Shown: positions 27,340 to 40,945 of the stretch, piece after piece
Layout: each line of letters starts with the position of its first letter
How positions within the stretch are numbered: the first letter of the stretch is position 1
From: Stegostoma tigrinum
Lineage: Eukaryota
DNA: 64,000 nt
Assembly (NCBI RefSeq): GCF_030684315.1
Contig: NC_081370.1
Location: 45,650,728-45,714,727, forward strand
Direction: 5' to 3'
Notes under the pieces: model-generated
Told to the model about the DNA's origin: nothing
The model's database searches: none
What the model saw: the letters and a program-made list of their open reading frames with translations, nothing else
Program-made: the position numbers and the translations under genes

Positions 27340-29160
27340 AAAGTTAAAGATTATGTAAGATTAAATGAAAATGCTTATAATGTGGTGAGTAATAGTAATA
27401 AATCTGAGGATTGGGAAGATTTTGCAATACACCAAAGACAGGCAAAGAAGACTGATAAGGAAAAATCAAATAGGAATACAACCTAGCAAACTACATAAAA
27501 GACAAACTGTACAAGTTTCTATAGGTTTGTAAAAAGAGACGTTTGAATAAGACAAATGTGGGTCTATGAAAATCAAAGTCAGGAGAATCTGCAAAGGGGA
27601 ATAAAGAAAAGACAGAGAACCTAAATTATAATTTTTGTCTATTTTCACTGATGAAAATATAAGAAATCTTCCAGAATCAGAGATCCAAGCGAGTAAGGAC
27701 CATGAGGAGCTGTAGAAAATTACGATTAATAAAAAGGCAATATTAGAGAAATTAGTGGGTTGGAAAATTGAGAAGTCCCTGGGACTTGATAGTCTAGTTT
27801 TTGAGGATGTTACTAACAAAATTGAAGGGGAGTTGATGTATGTAGTATATTTGGATTTTGATAAGGTTGCCCACAGGAGTTTGGCAAACAAAATTATACC
27901 ACATTGGATTGGGAGTAATGCATTGGCATGGATTAAGGATTGACCAATAAAGGCAAAATAGATTAGTAATATAGAGATTATTCTCATGTAGGTGGAGTGT
28001 GACTAGTGAAGTGTGCATGAATTAGAACTTGGGGCCCCAGCTGCTCAATGACTTGGATGTGGGGACCAAATGTAATATGTTAAAGTTTGCAGACGATAGA
28101 AAGGTAAGCAGAAATGTGTGTTGTGAAGACGCTGGACAACACTTTGAGAAGCATTTGTGGAGAGAAAGCAGAGTTAATGTTTTGGCTCCACTGAAGCTTC
28201 TGTGAGTCAGAAAGATCACTAGACCTGAAACATCAACTCTGCTTTCTGCTCACAAATGCTGCCAGACCTAGGTTTTCCACAATTTCTGATTTCACTTTTG
28301 ATTTCCAGCTCACTCAATTCTTTGAGTTTTTTTTAAAACGGAGGATTTAGACATGTTTAGTGATTGGTTAAGAATAAGGCAGATGGAATATAAAAAGGAA
28401 AAATGAGGCTATCCACTTTGGAGGAACAGATATACAGAATATTTCTTAAATGGTGAGATTGGAAAGTATAGTTGTGCAAAGGGACTTGGTTGTCCTTCCC
28501 ATTAAGTCACTGAAGGCTAAAGTGCAGGTGAATGGGTAATGAAACAGCAGCCTTCATTGCACGAGGATTTGATTAAAGGAGTAGTCAAGTTGTGCTTCAG
28601 TCATACAGGAGCTTAGTTAGACTGCACCAGAAGAACTGTGCAATTTTTGATCTTCTTATCCAGAAAGAAGTTTTGCCAGATAGGGAGTGAAGTGAAGATT
28701 CACCAAACTTATTTCTGAGATGGTGAGACTGTTCTATGATGAGAGATTGGGCTAATATGCCTTGTTCTCTGTTAAGTTTTGAAGAATGACAGATGATTTC
28801 ATTGAAACTTCCGGAATACTGAATACAAGGTAGACGCAGATAAGATGTTTCCCCTGGTTGGACAGTCTGAAACCAGGGGATACAATTTTTAAAAATAAGG
28901 GAAATACCATTTAGAACTGTTGAGAATTTATGTTTCACTCAGATTTAGTGAATCTTTGAAAATCTTTTCGCCTATTCTTTGAGGATGGTCAATTTTTGAG
29001 TATGGTTAAAGTAGAGGTTGTTGAATTTTTAATTATCAATGGTATAAAGGGTTATGAGGACAGTGTGGGTAAAAGACATTGAATTGTTTAAGCAGCCATG
29101 ATCGTACTAAATGGTAGAGCAGGCTTGATGGGCTAAGTGACCTAACCCTATTCCTATGTT
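27340..29160 (+). mobile_element. Decayed, internally deleted CR1 LINE with a nested Penelope-type fold-back (~28130-28330)
   Basis: VVYLDFDK, KFADD and LYRSLVR-like motifs in broken frames, followed by a CR1 3' UTR. Confidence 0.75.
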
Positions 29161-29921
29161 CTCATGTAGGAAGACCTTGCAGACTGAGAACTTGATGTAC
29201 ATGAGAAAGTAGAAAATTGGAAAAGTTGCGTCCCTTCAAGAGATAAGACCCTAAGCTTGAGATAAGGAAGTCAAATAAAAAAAAATGATTTAAAAAGCAT
29301 TATGGAATGGTGTGAAGCTCATGCAAATGATATCTGGTTGATTAAGAAAAGCATGCTCAACTATGGGCTGAAGATGAGTGGAGAGAGGAAGAGGTTAATT
29401 CTATAAAATCAAGATAAAAGAAGTCTTCCCAATCAGGTTTGTACAGCCAAGAAATCTAGTGTAGAGAATACAAAAGAGACAAAATTGAGAAGATTGGAGT
29501 CTAAAACCTGCAAATGAGAAGTCATTGAGTGTTTCTTGTTCGGAATTTTATGAGAAGTATATACCCTATGTTAGACTGTACATCACTGTCGAACCGAAAA
29601 CTTGCTGTGACTCTCTTATTAAGGTAATCTCAGAACTAAATTTTGAGTCGGTCCTTTCCCATAACAATTGGTCCCAGAAAAACTCCTTTCTAAAATGAAA
29701 ACATAAAAGTATAAGGTTAAACATTTTAGAATCCCTTAAAATAATAACCTACAATGCCAAATTGCTTGTTAGATCGCCTTTGTTACAATAAGATTGCTAT
29801 AAAGTAGGCATTGACTTGGAGTTTAGCTTTGGAACCTCAACTTGATTGTGGGTTTAGGTTCCTTCTGTACTGATATTGTTGAGATTTAATTTTGAGATCT
29901 CTTCTGTTCCCTTTCCACCAG

Positions 29922-30047
29922 ATTGTATATAACCTGCTTTCACTGCAGTTTAACTCTCGTATCCGTGTGAAGACTTACACTGATGAGTTGACGCCACTGG
30001 ATTCCCTGGTACCCGTGTTCCAGGCTGCAAACTGGTATGAGAGAGAG
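29922..30047 (+). CDS. NDUFS3: NDUFS3 exon 5
   Basis: Reads [42 protein letters not shown], 126 nt. Confidence 0.96.
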
Positions 30048-30542
30048 GTGAGTTGAATAAATTGGATGAAATGTTACGAGAAGACTTTTATCACTAGTCA
30101 GTTTCTAAGCAAATCAAGACTGAGTCAGAGAACAGAAAATAATTGAATCAGGGGTAAGGGTGTATTCAGCATTGCAGACAGAGTGAGATGGACAGGGAAC
30201 AAGAAATTACACCATCTTACACATTCTTAGCAGAAGACATTTATCTTCTGTAAATTAACTCAATTTTAAGAATAGGCGTTGTCTGGTTGTGAGCAGGATT
30301 TGAGATGAAGGTAAAATCTGCACTTTTGCCAGGAAACATTTGAAAGGCAAAGATATATGCTACGTTATACTTGGAACTCAGTAGACAGAATTCTAGCCAG
30401 AATGTCAACCTGCTGTTTCTGATGCTCAGTGAACTTTATGTAGCAACTTGGATGATTGTTGTGGGGGTGGGCAAATAATGATCTGTATATTCGATCAGGC
30501 CACTGTTGAATTGTGGAGATGGCTGAATGTTTCTTTGCTTAA

Positions 30543-30770
30543 AAACCGAAAGAACTGAAGGTGCTGTAAATCGGAAATGAAAACAGAAGTTTCTGGTAAA
30601 GCTCAGCAGGTCTGGTCGCAGCTGAGGAAAAATCAGTGTTAACGTTATGGGTCCAGTAACCCTTCCTATTCTGAGGAAAGGTTACCGGACCTGAAACATT
30701 AACTCTGATTTTTCTTCACAGATGTTGCCAGACCTGTTAAGCTTTTCCAGCAACCTCTGTTTTTGTTTTG
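30543..30770. mobile_element. Palindromic (inverted pLTR) Penelope-derived element with hammerhead-like core
   Basis: The left arm aaaacagaagtttctggtaaagctcagcaggtctgg is the inverse of the right arm ccagacctgttaagcttttccagcaacctctgttttt. CTGAGGA...GAAAC at 30671-30697. Confidence 0.75.
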
Positions 30771-31203
30771 ATATTTCGTTTTGAGGTTTGTGGATAACTA
30801 GTGGAGTTTAAGATTGAATCGTGTTGTCTGTGGTGGGAGCAGGTTTCATCAGTTAGATCACCATTTCTCCATTCATGTTTCATGATCTTTTGCTGAAATC
30901 AAGAACTTTGGACTCTTGTGGAGCCGGCAAACACTGATCATTGCGTACTGTATTGTAATTCACAAAATTAATTATGCAATGATCAATAATGTGATTTAAA
31001 GCTATTATACTGTGCTTATAGCCTGTAATCACATGAAAAGTAGGGTGTTTAAATATAATTGAGTATTTTATAAGTTGCCTAACACGCTTCAGTCTCGGCT
31101 TAATTGCTCTTTTTAAGAAGTTGTTCCAAATTTAACACACACATTTAGAATAGACAAAATACGAGTAATATTGTACTCTTTGCTTAAAATTTGACAGTTC
31201 TAA

Positions 31204-31383
<180 letters not shown>

Positions 31384-32050
31384 TAAAATAATGTTTTTTA
31401 AAGCTATACATCTGTGCAGCTTTTTCCTTTTCTTCCTTGTTCTGCGCTCCCACTCGGCAAACATCTTGGCAATACCCCACCCCTCCTAAAAGCTACTTGA
31501 GTCAACTTTGTAAGTTGGAGTGAAAGTCTCTTAGCACCCATCTACTCAAAACCCATTTCCCAGCACTTGGTCTGTAGTGTTATATGCTGTGGCATTTCAG
31601 GTGCTCATCTGCATATTCCTAAAATGTTGTGCTACTTCCAGTCTCTACCACCTTCGGGGTAAAAATACTCTCCTTTAAGTCCCCTCTAAAGCTCTTGCTC
31701 CTTAGCTTAAATGTTTACTTAATGGTAATTAGCCTCTGTAAGGAGAAAGGTTAATTCTAACTATAGCACTCATACTTTTGTAGTCTCACATCAGATCCCC
31801 TCTCAGTCTTCTCTGCTCCAGGGATGTCATCCCTATCCTGTCTAGTCTCTATTCATAGCTCTGAAATGCTTCAACCCAGGCAACATCTTGATGAGTCTGC
31901 TTTGAGTACAATCACATCCTTCGTATTGTGTGTTGATCATAAATCTGCATAATACTTCAGCCGTGGTTTAACCAATATCGTATACTGCCCTGTCGTTACA
32001 TCCCGGTTCTTGTGTTTTTGTCTTGGCCTAACTGTTGCTTTTCTTTTTAG

Positions 32051-32218
32051 GTACGATATGATGATGAGGTAAAACGTATTGTAGCTGAGCCTATTGAACT
32101 TGCCCAGGAATTCCGCAAATTTGACCTCAACAGTCCATGGGAAACTTTCCCAGCGTACCGAGAACCAGCTGAATTACCCAAACTTGAAGCTGGAGAGAAA
32201 AAACCTGAGACAAAATGA
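32051..32218 (+). CDS. NDUFS3: NDUFS3 exon 7 (terminal)
   Basis: Reads [34 protein letters not shown]...KKPETK*. AATAAA at 32326-32331. Confidence 0.96.
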   Translation, partial: VRYDDEVKRIVAEPIELAQEFRKFDLNSPWETFPAYREPAELPKLEAGEKKPETK

Positions 32219-33605
32219 ATAGGAACACCTGAATCTTTAGGGAAAATCCTAACTGATGTCAAATCTAAAGTGGGCCTGGAATGACTTTTCTGTATCACCT
32301 AAATAATTTGTGTGGAACGTATGTAAATAAACTACTTGTATAACTTTATAATTTGTAGCAGTCTTAACTGTAATAACTGCTTGTATCCAAAGAAAGAACA
32401 TGTTTAACCTGGGCATTTGTCTGACAGTGAGTTGGTGTTGGATTCAACTTGACAAGCCACTGAACGATTCCAGTTACTTATTTGTGTACTCAAGGAGTGC
32501 CAGTCATAATTGTTGTCAAAGATTGAACTTTGGTAAAATGTTCTTTTCTCTTATATAACCTTATCATGCATACAATTTCTAATTTTTAATCTGATCAATT
32601 TCCAACCATATGATAATCAGCTGTTACTTATTTCCCTCAAAACATACATCAGGCGTTGTTCCTGCCCATTCAAGCAGTCCCTTATCTTGCTGATCGTGAA
32701 GTGAATCCTGCTCATCCTTGTTTCTATTCCCTATACGTGTTCTGGCTCTTGGTCATTTTGTTTAGAGGGGAATAATAGAGGAGCTGAATGTTATTAAAAT
32801 GGAAAAACACTGCAGAAAACTACAGCACAGAGGGATTTGGGATCCTGTGTAGATGTAAGAAGCTCACATACAGGTTCAAGTAATAGGGAAAGCAAATGGA
32901 TATAAAAATAGGGAAGTCTTGCTGGAACTATGTAATGCACCAGTTTACCATAGTTGGCGTACTAAGAGCAGTTTTGGTCACCTTGTCTCAAGAGATTTCG
33001 TGGTCATCATTAGATCTATAATTTTAGGTGATTTTTATTGAATTCAAATTCTACCATCTACCATGGTAGGATTTGAAATTGTCCCCAGAGCGCTAGCTGA
33101 GTTTTTGGATTAATGGTCCACTGATAACACCACTAGGCCATTGCATCCCCTTAGATGACGGGAAAGAATGAATGATTAAAGATTTTGAGAAGGTGTTTTT
33201 TTTAAAATGGTGTGTGAGGATTTGCTATGAAAATTGAGATGTGATCTTAATGTTAACCTAATGCTAGGAATAATCACTACCCAAAACTGTGGAATAGTCA
33301 TTAAAAACAAATATTAACCTTAAAGAGGATTCTTGGGCTGAGTTAGAAGTGGGTGAAAGATAAGGTGGCTCTGGTATGCTTGGGTGAAAAATGGTCTGTG
33401 GACAGGGAGTGAATGTTGGCAAGGGTGGAAGAGTAGACCAGGATGTTAGGAGGAGAATAGTTCCTTCATGAAAGGGGAGAGAGAAAGAAGACATGAAGGA
33501 CGGTGATGCACTGCTAATATCACTAGACTCCTAATCCAGAATGCCAGGCTTATGTCCAGGCTTAAATCCCACCAGATTGGTTGGGGGACTTTAAATTTTC
33601 AAAAG

Positions 33606-34140
33606 GCAAGTTGTATATTGGCCTTCATTGCAAAAGGATTTGAGTTCAGAACTAGTGATATCTTATTGCAGTTATACTGGGCCTTAGTGAGACCACACAT
33701 GGAGTATTACATGCAATTATAGTCTCCCTACTTGACAGAATATATTTATCGCAGAAGATGTTCACTAGTTTGATACCAGAGATGGTAGGACTGTTCAATG
33801 CGGAGAGATTAGTTTGGCTGGACCAGTATTCTGTAGAGTTTAGAATGACGAGAGAGGATCTAAAATTCTGACAAGGCTGAGCAGACTAAGTGTAGAGAGG
33901 ATGTTTTCCCCTTGACAGGGGAGTCCTGGAGAAAATCTCAAGATATGGAGTAGACCAAATAAGATTGAGAAAGAAATTCTTTACTCAGGGCAGTGAATCA
34001 GTGGGGTTTTCTACTACATAAGGCTGTGGAAGTCAGGTCACTAAATATATTAAGGAATACATATTTGTAGATTTTAAGGGCATCAAGGGCTGTGGGAAGA
34101 AAGAGGGAATAAGGCTTTGTGATTGAGTGCCAAATGGGCC
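33606..34140 (+). mobile_element. Decayed CR1 LINE 3' fragment
   Basis: ggccttcattgcaaaaggatttgagt and LY.ALVRPHMEY-like sequence. Confidence 0.7.
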
Positions 34141-36360
34141 ACTCTATTTATTTGGTAATGGCATCATGCTGAAAGCAGTAGAAATAGTTGGGGTTGGTGA
34201 GGCAAAGGGGGAATTGTATTTCTGGGAGGGACCAGGGTACCCCTTGAAAGTGGAATGGCTAGGTTCAAGGACCTGTAAACCAGGGCAGAGAGAAATCCTT
34301 GGCTGAAGAAAATTAATGACATCAGAAGTACTGATGTGGAAGCAGCATCAGCAGGTGGATACGGCAGAGATGGGAATACAGTCTTTACAGAAAGCTTGGT
34401 GGCAGGAAATGTAACCGTGTCAGCCATGAGAACTGGTGATAATTGGGAGACAGCCTATCCCTAGAAATAGAAATTTCAGTTAGAAGTGAAGAGTCAGAGT
34501 TGCATCATCTGTAGGCAAGGAAGGCATTGATAATTACAAACAACATTGCTGGGATTTTCCACTTACCAACCTGCATCAGCTTTCCTCCACAATTGCTCCT
34601 TGCCCTGCTGAGTATTTTCAACATTTTCCATTTATAGTCCAGAATTCCAGCATCTGGAGTGATTTGTTATTGTACTGTTCTACATGGATTAATAAGAGAA
34701 GCTAGGAATGTGCAGAACTGCAGAAATCTAATGTAACCTTTCTGATCTGTAGTGACAGGAAATTAAATATAAATGATTGAGAACTAGGTTGTAATTAAAT
34801 ATTTATGTCAGTAAAACTTGATATATGACTGGTCTAACCTTTTCAATCTATCTCTGAACCTTTTGTACCGCACTTCATCTTCCTCCCAACTCCATCAGAA
34901 ACACATTATTCCTGTGAAGACAGAAACTGAAATTGGTCAGGTAGAATCTAGGGGGAAACAGGGATCAATTAGTCAAAGTTTTAAACATTTAACAATCACA
35001 AAGTTTTTTTTAAAACAAATATTTGACATAGTCTCACATTAAAATAATTGAGAGGCATTGTAATCGAAGGTACTCGAAATCAGGTTTTTTTTTGTGGAAT
35101 GCTGACTGCTGAGTGTTTTCAACTCTTTTTGCAGAGGAATTATGGGGAGGGCCACAAATTGGGCCTGGGAGCTGGGAGCCCCTTTACCGCCTCTGTCTCC
35201 AGTCTTTCATTCGCCCCATGGCTCTCTTGCCCCTCCCACCTCCCTCCAGTTCTCTGGGCATGATGCAATTCTACCAGGTCCTGATCTCCCCTGCATTGCC
35301 TCTCCCTGTCTCCTCCAGATGTCCCCACTGCTCCTTCCACCCACATGTTCCAAAAATATAAAACTGACAATTAGGCAAAAAGCTTAGTTTCAATAATTCA
35401 GTGTGCAAATGATGTGATATATGATATACAGACTGGAAAAATAGCTTCAGGTTGATCTATTAGGTTGATCTATTTGGCTGGCATCAAACCATGATGATGA
35501 TGGTGGTGGAACTCCATCTTAAAGACTTCTGCATGTCAGGAAACTAATTTGTTCTAGCTTCCTGATTTGGACTGACAAGCAGTTAGCCTGCTGGAAAGAG
35601 ATAAGAGTCCTGATGTGAAATGTTTTCCCTGCACCTTTGATGCTGCCTGGCCTGCTGTGTTCTTCCAGCTCCATACTGTGTTATCTTAGCCAGCTGAAAA
35701 GTGTGCTTTTGTCAATGGCAGGTTGAGGATAGCCTTGGGTTCAGGTCTGTCCGTCCTCCACTCCCCACCCCAATTTTGCAGTATTGTGAGGCCACAACGT
35801 CAACCTGGATAGAGGAATCAGTTAACCTCACAAAGGGACTGGGACCGACATTCTGAACAAGCATGACGATGTTTGGAAGAAAATGAGCTGTTCTAAGGAT
35901 GGGTGACCGGACTCGAAACGTTAACTCATGTCTTTACCTTCACAGATGCTGCCAGACCTGCTGAGCTTTTCCAGCAACTTTGTTTTTGATTCTGTTCATC
36001 AAGATTCTTATTCTTTCTTTCTCTCTAAAGTTTACAAAGTCATTATCTCTCAAGATTTTCTACTATCTCCTGAAGAAAGCAATGATGTTTTGGAACAGAA
36101 AGACAGAAATGAAAATATTTTCAAAGTTGAAAAGTCTGAATCTCTGGCAAAAACTGTGTGGTCAAAGAAAACATTAATGAATGTGTGACAGAATTTTAAA
36201 TGAGCAACGAAGGGCTGAATTGAGGTTGAATAAAATCTATTGAACCTGCCTGATGGAAAATCTGCTTCACTGTGGTTTCAGGTGAATCTGGTTCAGCTCA
36301 CTGCATTTATACAGAAAATACAGTATCAGTGTGAAGTGAAATGCACTAACACGTTTTGTT

Positions 36361-36985
36361 AATTGAGTATTGAGTGAGTATTGGTTGTGTCTTTTTGTTG
36401 CTAGTTGGTGTTCAAGTATTCTTTGTTTACAAATTATATATTTGTTCATTTGTTATGGCCATTAAGGGTCGTGTGGGTTATAAGGCACAGGCTGAGTAGT
36501 TTCAGCATGTTGTCTGAGGAGATGGTGTCACTTAGATCTCATTCTTTCTCATGCAAGGACTGTGACAAACATTACATTGGACAGACAGGAAGGAAACTAG
36601 CCACAAGAATATATGTACACCAACCAGCAACAAAAAGACATGACCAACACTCACTCATCTCCATTCACATGGATAAAGAGAACCACTAATTTGACTGGGA
36701 CAACATCAGGATCCTAGGACAGGCCAAACAGAGATGAGCACAAGAATTTCTACAAGCCTGGTTCTCCACCAAGAAGGCCATCTATAAACACGTAGAATTA
36801 GACCCTATATATACTGTGAAAAATACTGTGAATGAGGTAATCAACTTCAACAGACCCCAGAGTTTAAATACCTTTTGGGAAAACACAGCAGGGCTTCATC
36901 GGAGGCTGCACTGATGATGTTACCCAGCAGGGCTTGAGAAGTCTGTGAACTAACGAATCAGCTTGGTTAGCAAACCAACCACAAT
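36361..36985 (+). mobile_element. Penelope-like element 3' fragment (GIY-YIG endonuclease and pLTR) with a short inverted copy at its left end
   Basis: Reads CKDCDKHYIGQTGRKLATRI..HQ.ATKRHD. 36361-36428 is an inverted copy of about 36604-36665. A ctgatgatg hammerhead-like start lies at 36911. Confidence 0.8.
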
Positions 36986-36989
36986 GAAA

Positions 36990-37700
36990 ACTTTTCCCAA
37001 ATAATGGGACTAAAACTGCTCACAGGACTGCAGATGTGGTCTCAATGACACTACGTACAGTTGTAGTGAGACTTCCTCACAGTTAATCTCCAATTCACCT
37101 GAAATAAGGGCTAGCGTTCCATTAGCCTTCCTGATTACCTACTGCACCAGTGTGCTAGCTTTCTGTGTTTCATGTACAAGTACCTCCAAGTTCCATTGTG
37201 TTGCTACTTCCTGCAGTTTTTCTCCATTTAAATATAAGCATTTTAAAAAAATTCTCCTTTCCAAAATGAACAACTTAACATTTTCCCAGTTTATACTCCG
37301 CTTGCCAAGTTCTTGCCCACTTACTTGACCTATCCTTATCTCTCTGTAAACTATTTTTATCCCCTTCACAACTTTTCCATTGATTTTTGTGTCATCTGCA
37401 AGTTTGGCGGCAGCACATTCTCTTCCTCCCTCCCAACGATTAATAAATAATGTGAACAGTTATGGCTCCAGCATTGATTCCCGTGGAACCCTACAGGCCA
37501 AATGTCGCCAGCCTGAAAAAGAATCCCTTATCCCCACTTGCTATTAATTGACAATAGCCGTTCTCTATCCATGTCAATATGAGTTCCAACACTGTGGGTT
37601 CTTAACTTATGACAAAACTTTTAGTGGGGTAACTTTTGATGCAAGCCATCAGGACCAGGGAACTTATCTGTCTTTAGCCCCATTACTTTGTCTAATACTA
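36990..37700 (-). mobile_element. Decayed CR1 LINE fragment
   Basis: Minus strand shows KLADDTK-like and YLNGEKLQ motifs. Confidence 0.7.
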
Positions 37701-40700
37701 CTTCCCCACTGAAGATGATGGTACTTAGTTCCTCCCCATATTTTTTTGAATGAATGGAATGTTCAAACTATCTTCAACTGCCTGTATTTTCTCATTATTT
37801 AACCAATCTAGATCAAATCTTGTGCTGCGTAGCTATTGCCATGAAAATTAAAAGAGAGACCAATTTGAAAACACATTTAAGGCAATTGCATAACTAGATC
37901 AGGAGAAATGATGAATGCAGAAAGAACACTAAGTTTGAAATTATTCACATTGTTTTGCTTGGTTGAGAAGGATATTTTTTGTTTAAATGGGATTTGCTGT
38001 AAATAGAGCACTGAATTGAGAATCGTTGCATACATTGCAAAACTGAACTATTCCACAAGATGGCAGCATTCTGCGTACCTGCAACAGTAAGCGATTGAGA
38101 ATTTGAGTAAATGAGACTAAAGTTGAATGGTGATAGGATGGAAACTAATTCAAAAATACCTATGAGCATTAAATAACAGAAGCATCAAATTCTAGCAATA
38201 GAGAGAAGTTAACAATTGAGATTTTATATATATACATTATTTATATGACACAACAAGGTAGAAATAGAAACTAAACAGCCTCAATAATATATAACATAAA
38301 GTAACAGTCAAAATTGCTACATAAAGTATCAATTAATTTAATGATGATGAAAATTACTCACCTGCAATAAAACAAAGATGGTTTCGAAGTGTGTTTAAGT
38401 GCGACTGTTGGTTTAGGAGTGAAATGGTGAAGAGGCAGGTCACCACGCCAGCTGTCACAGAGGTAGAAGAGGTGGAGAGAGTTCCTGTTATTTCAGAGTT
38501 TACTTCATGGTATGAAACAGATGGGAGCCCTCTGTGAAAAACATATTCTGTGAGAGAAAGGTAAGGGAGAGATTGTCACTACTGTCCATACTTGTACAAT
38601 TACTAATTTAATTCCGTTTGGAAAGGGATTCTGAGCATTGTAAGTCAAGTTTCTGCAAGTTTATCTGTGTTAGGATGTATACCTTAATGTTACACAAGAT
38701 TCTTGTCACGTCATATCTATCTTGTATTTATTATGTGGAATAAATTATGCTAGGTGGCAAAAAAGTAAGGACCAAGAAACATCGCTTGGTCAATTTATTA
38801 TTTTATATTTAGATATATCTTATAATAGTATTTCAAATTAGGATGTGGTGAAAACAAATATATATCAAAGAGAATGTTTTTCAGTTTCATAATTGACAGC
38901 TGCTTTCCCCAACATTTCACTGGATATCGGAGCATATTAAAGTTTCATTATATTAGAAAGAACGCTAAGGAAAGTACGAAGAGATGGTGGGAAACACCTC
39001 AGGGAAGTGAGTTAAATTATAACAAAATATGTTATACAACTTGCAAACATTATCAATAATGACTTTGCAAAATGTGTTATTTGGTTATGTATATAAAATA
39101 AGATGAAAAATGTTTTAGAAACTTAAACTGGGCTGTGCTAGTTTTGTGGGCTAGGTGGTGCAGCAGTATTACCTCATAGCCTTCCTCATTCTGTAAATTG
39201 ATTAAAACCTAAGCTGGGATCTGTGGAGGCTATGATGTTGTACCGTGGGCTGTTATTAAAGTTAGGAAGTATTTCCTTAAGTGTAATCTTATCTCTAGTT
39301 TAAGAGATATAAATTCACAGTAAAAATTCATATATTCCAGATAACATAAAGCTTGTTTGTATACAGCATTAGATTAGATATCAAAATATTACCCCGAAGA
39401 CTGTACAAATAACCAATGATGTATAATTCTCCTTGCTCAAAATTATACTTTGCATGAATTATCATGAAAAAGAAAGGTGAATCTTCAGAATTAGATACTT
39501 GAGTCAACTAACCTAAAGATTGTTTTACAAAACTCTGACAGTTGTAGTTATCAATTTTGTAAAAATTTAAGGCTCATTTTGACAAAATGTGGTTTTCTGT
39601 TTTTTGTTTAATATGCATGTTAGCAGCAGCCTCTATTATGTAATGGATCATTGATATTGACTGCAGGTGCCATCTGAAGGAAGTCTTTAAAGTAAAGTAG
39701 CCACAGCCCCAGAGAATGGTGTCTCATTAGACAGAGACAAAGTAGTGGTGTTTTAATCTGAGGGTCATCATGCCTCAGGTGGGGGGAGTGGTTGAGAAGG
39801 AAAAGTCTTCATGACAACCTCAACCAGGACAGGAATTGAACCTGTATATTTGGAATCACTCTGTACTGCAAAGGTGTCATCCAACTAAGCTGATTAATCA
39901 TTGATCGCAAATATAAAGCAACAGAGATAAAGTGATTACTTTCAGGCAAGACTGCTGAGGACATTGATTGAAACTATTTAGTTGTGTGCAGACTGGTTAG
40001 ATATGCTATCTTGTTGTCACTTTTATGTATTTCTACGCATTTTTATGGATGGATAAGGAGGGGCGATTAACGCCCCTCTTTGAATTCCCTTACCGTAAAT
40101 ATTTTTATTGCTTGTTTTAAGCACGTGGCCTAAATCACACTTTAAATAAATTTAATTAACCAGATTAAAATTGAAGGAGAGTCAATTCCAGAGTTTTCTT
40201 GAGTAGAAGAGAGTGGAGTTATTACCTAATAAAACTGAGAAAAATAATGATGGAACACACTAACAAACAGATATATACAAAGACAGGTGAGAAAGATGTG
40301 AAGAGAAGGCAGCAGAGGAAGGTTGTCAGGCACGCTGCAGTTTAGCATTTTTTTAAAAGTCCTTGAGTTATGACAGTGAAAAGTGCCAATTGTTCAGCTG
40401 TTGTCCTGTTTACTCAGGCTTGATGAAGCTTAAAGATAACCTTCATGTCTGGTTGAACAATGGTTTTTCTAAGTTGCATTTTCACGCTGCCTATACAATC
40501 TGTAGTGGGTTCTTAAATGAATAAAATAAAAATCACATGGTAATAGTTTTCTAAGTTATTTTTTTCTTGGCTAAGGATATGTTTTTCATCGTCACAGGTG
40601 CAATTTAAGCTAACCCACCCAATGGGAAAAGAAGCTGATCACCATTCTTACACCCGCTCGAGTACACTATCCATTCAAATGAGCAGCTTTCTCCATTCTG

Positions 40701-40945
40701 TAATTCCTACTCGCTTAGATTAATATTAATCCCCTGATATTAGATACAATGGTCTTTTATTGAACTGAATCAGAAACCGCCCTAACATTGTAAAGTGCAG
40801 CTTTATGAATGATACATAATTAAAATGTGAGTGCTTTGAATTAGCATTGAACATCAAGCTGTTTTGCTTCTGAGGGTGAACTCTAATCCTATTTTAATCA
40901 AGACTCATTTTTCTTTATTTCTGTCAGGTGCAGGTGGTTGTGGAA

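Noticed and set aside
34839-34911. Minus-strand exon-like segment with good acceptor and an in-frame TGA (possible selenocysteine)
   Set aside because: All three frames contain stops, the donor is weak, and no SECIS or homology was recognised.
38874-39059. ORF with RAG2-like spacing: DSC-x27-WWETP-x14-CK versus RAG2 DSC-x27-GGKTP-x14-CK
   Set aside because: Only about 7 identities. The conserved YLPPLRYPA is absent, the Ser codon class differs, and the strand and position are wrong for RAG2. Probably chance; tblastn or an HMM search would settle it.
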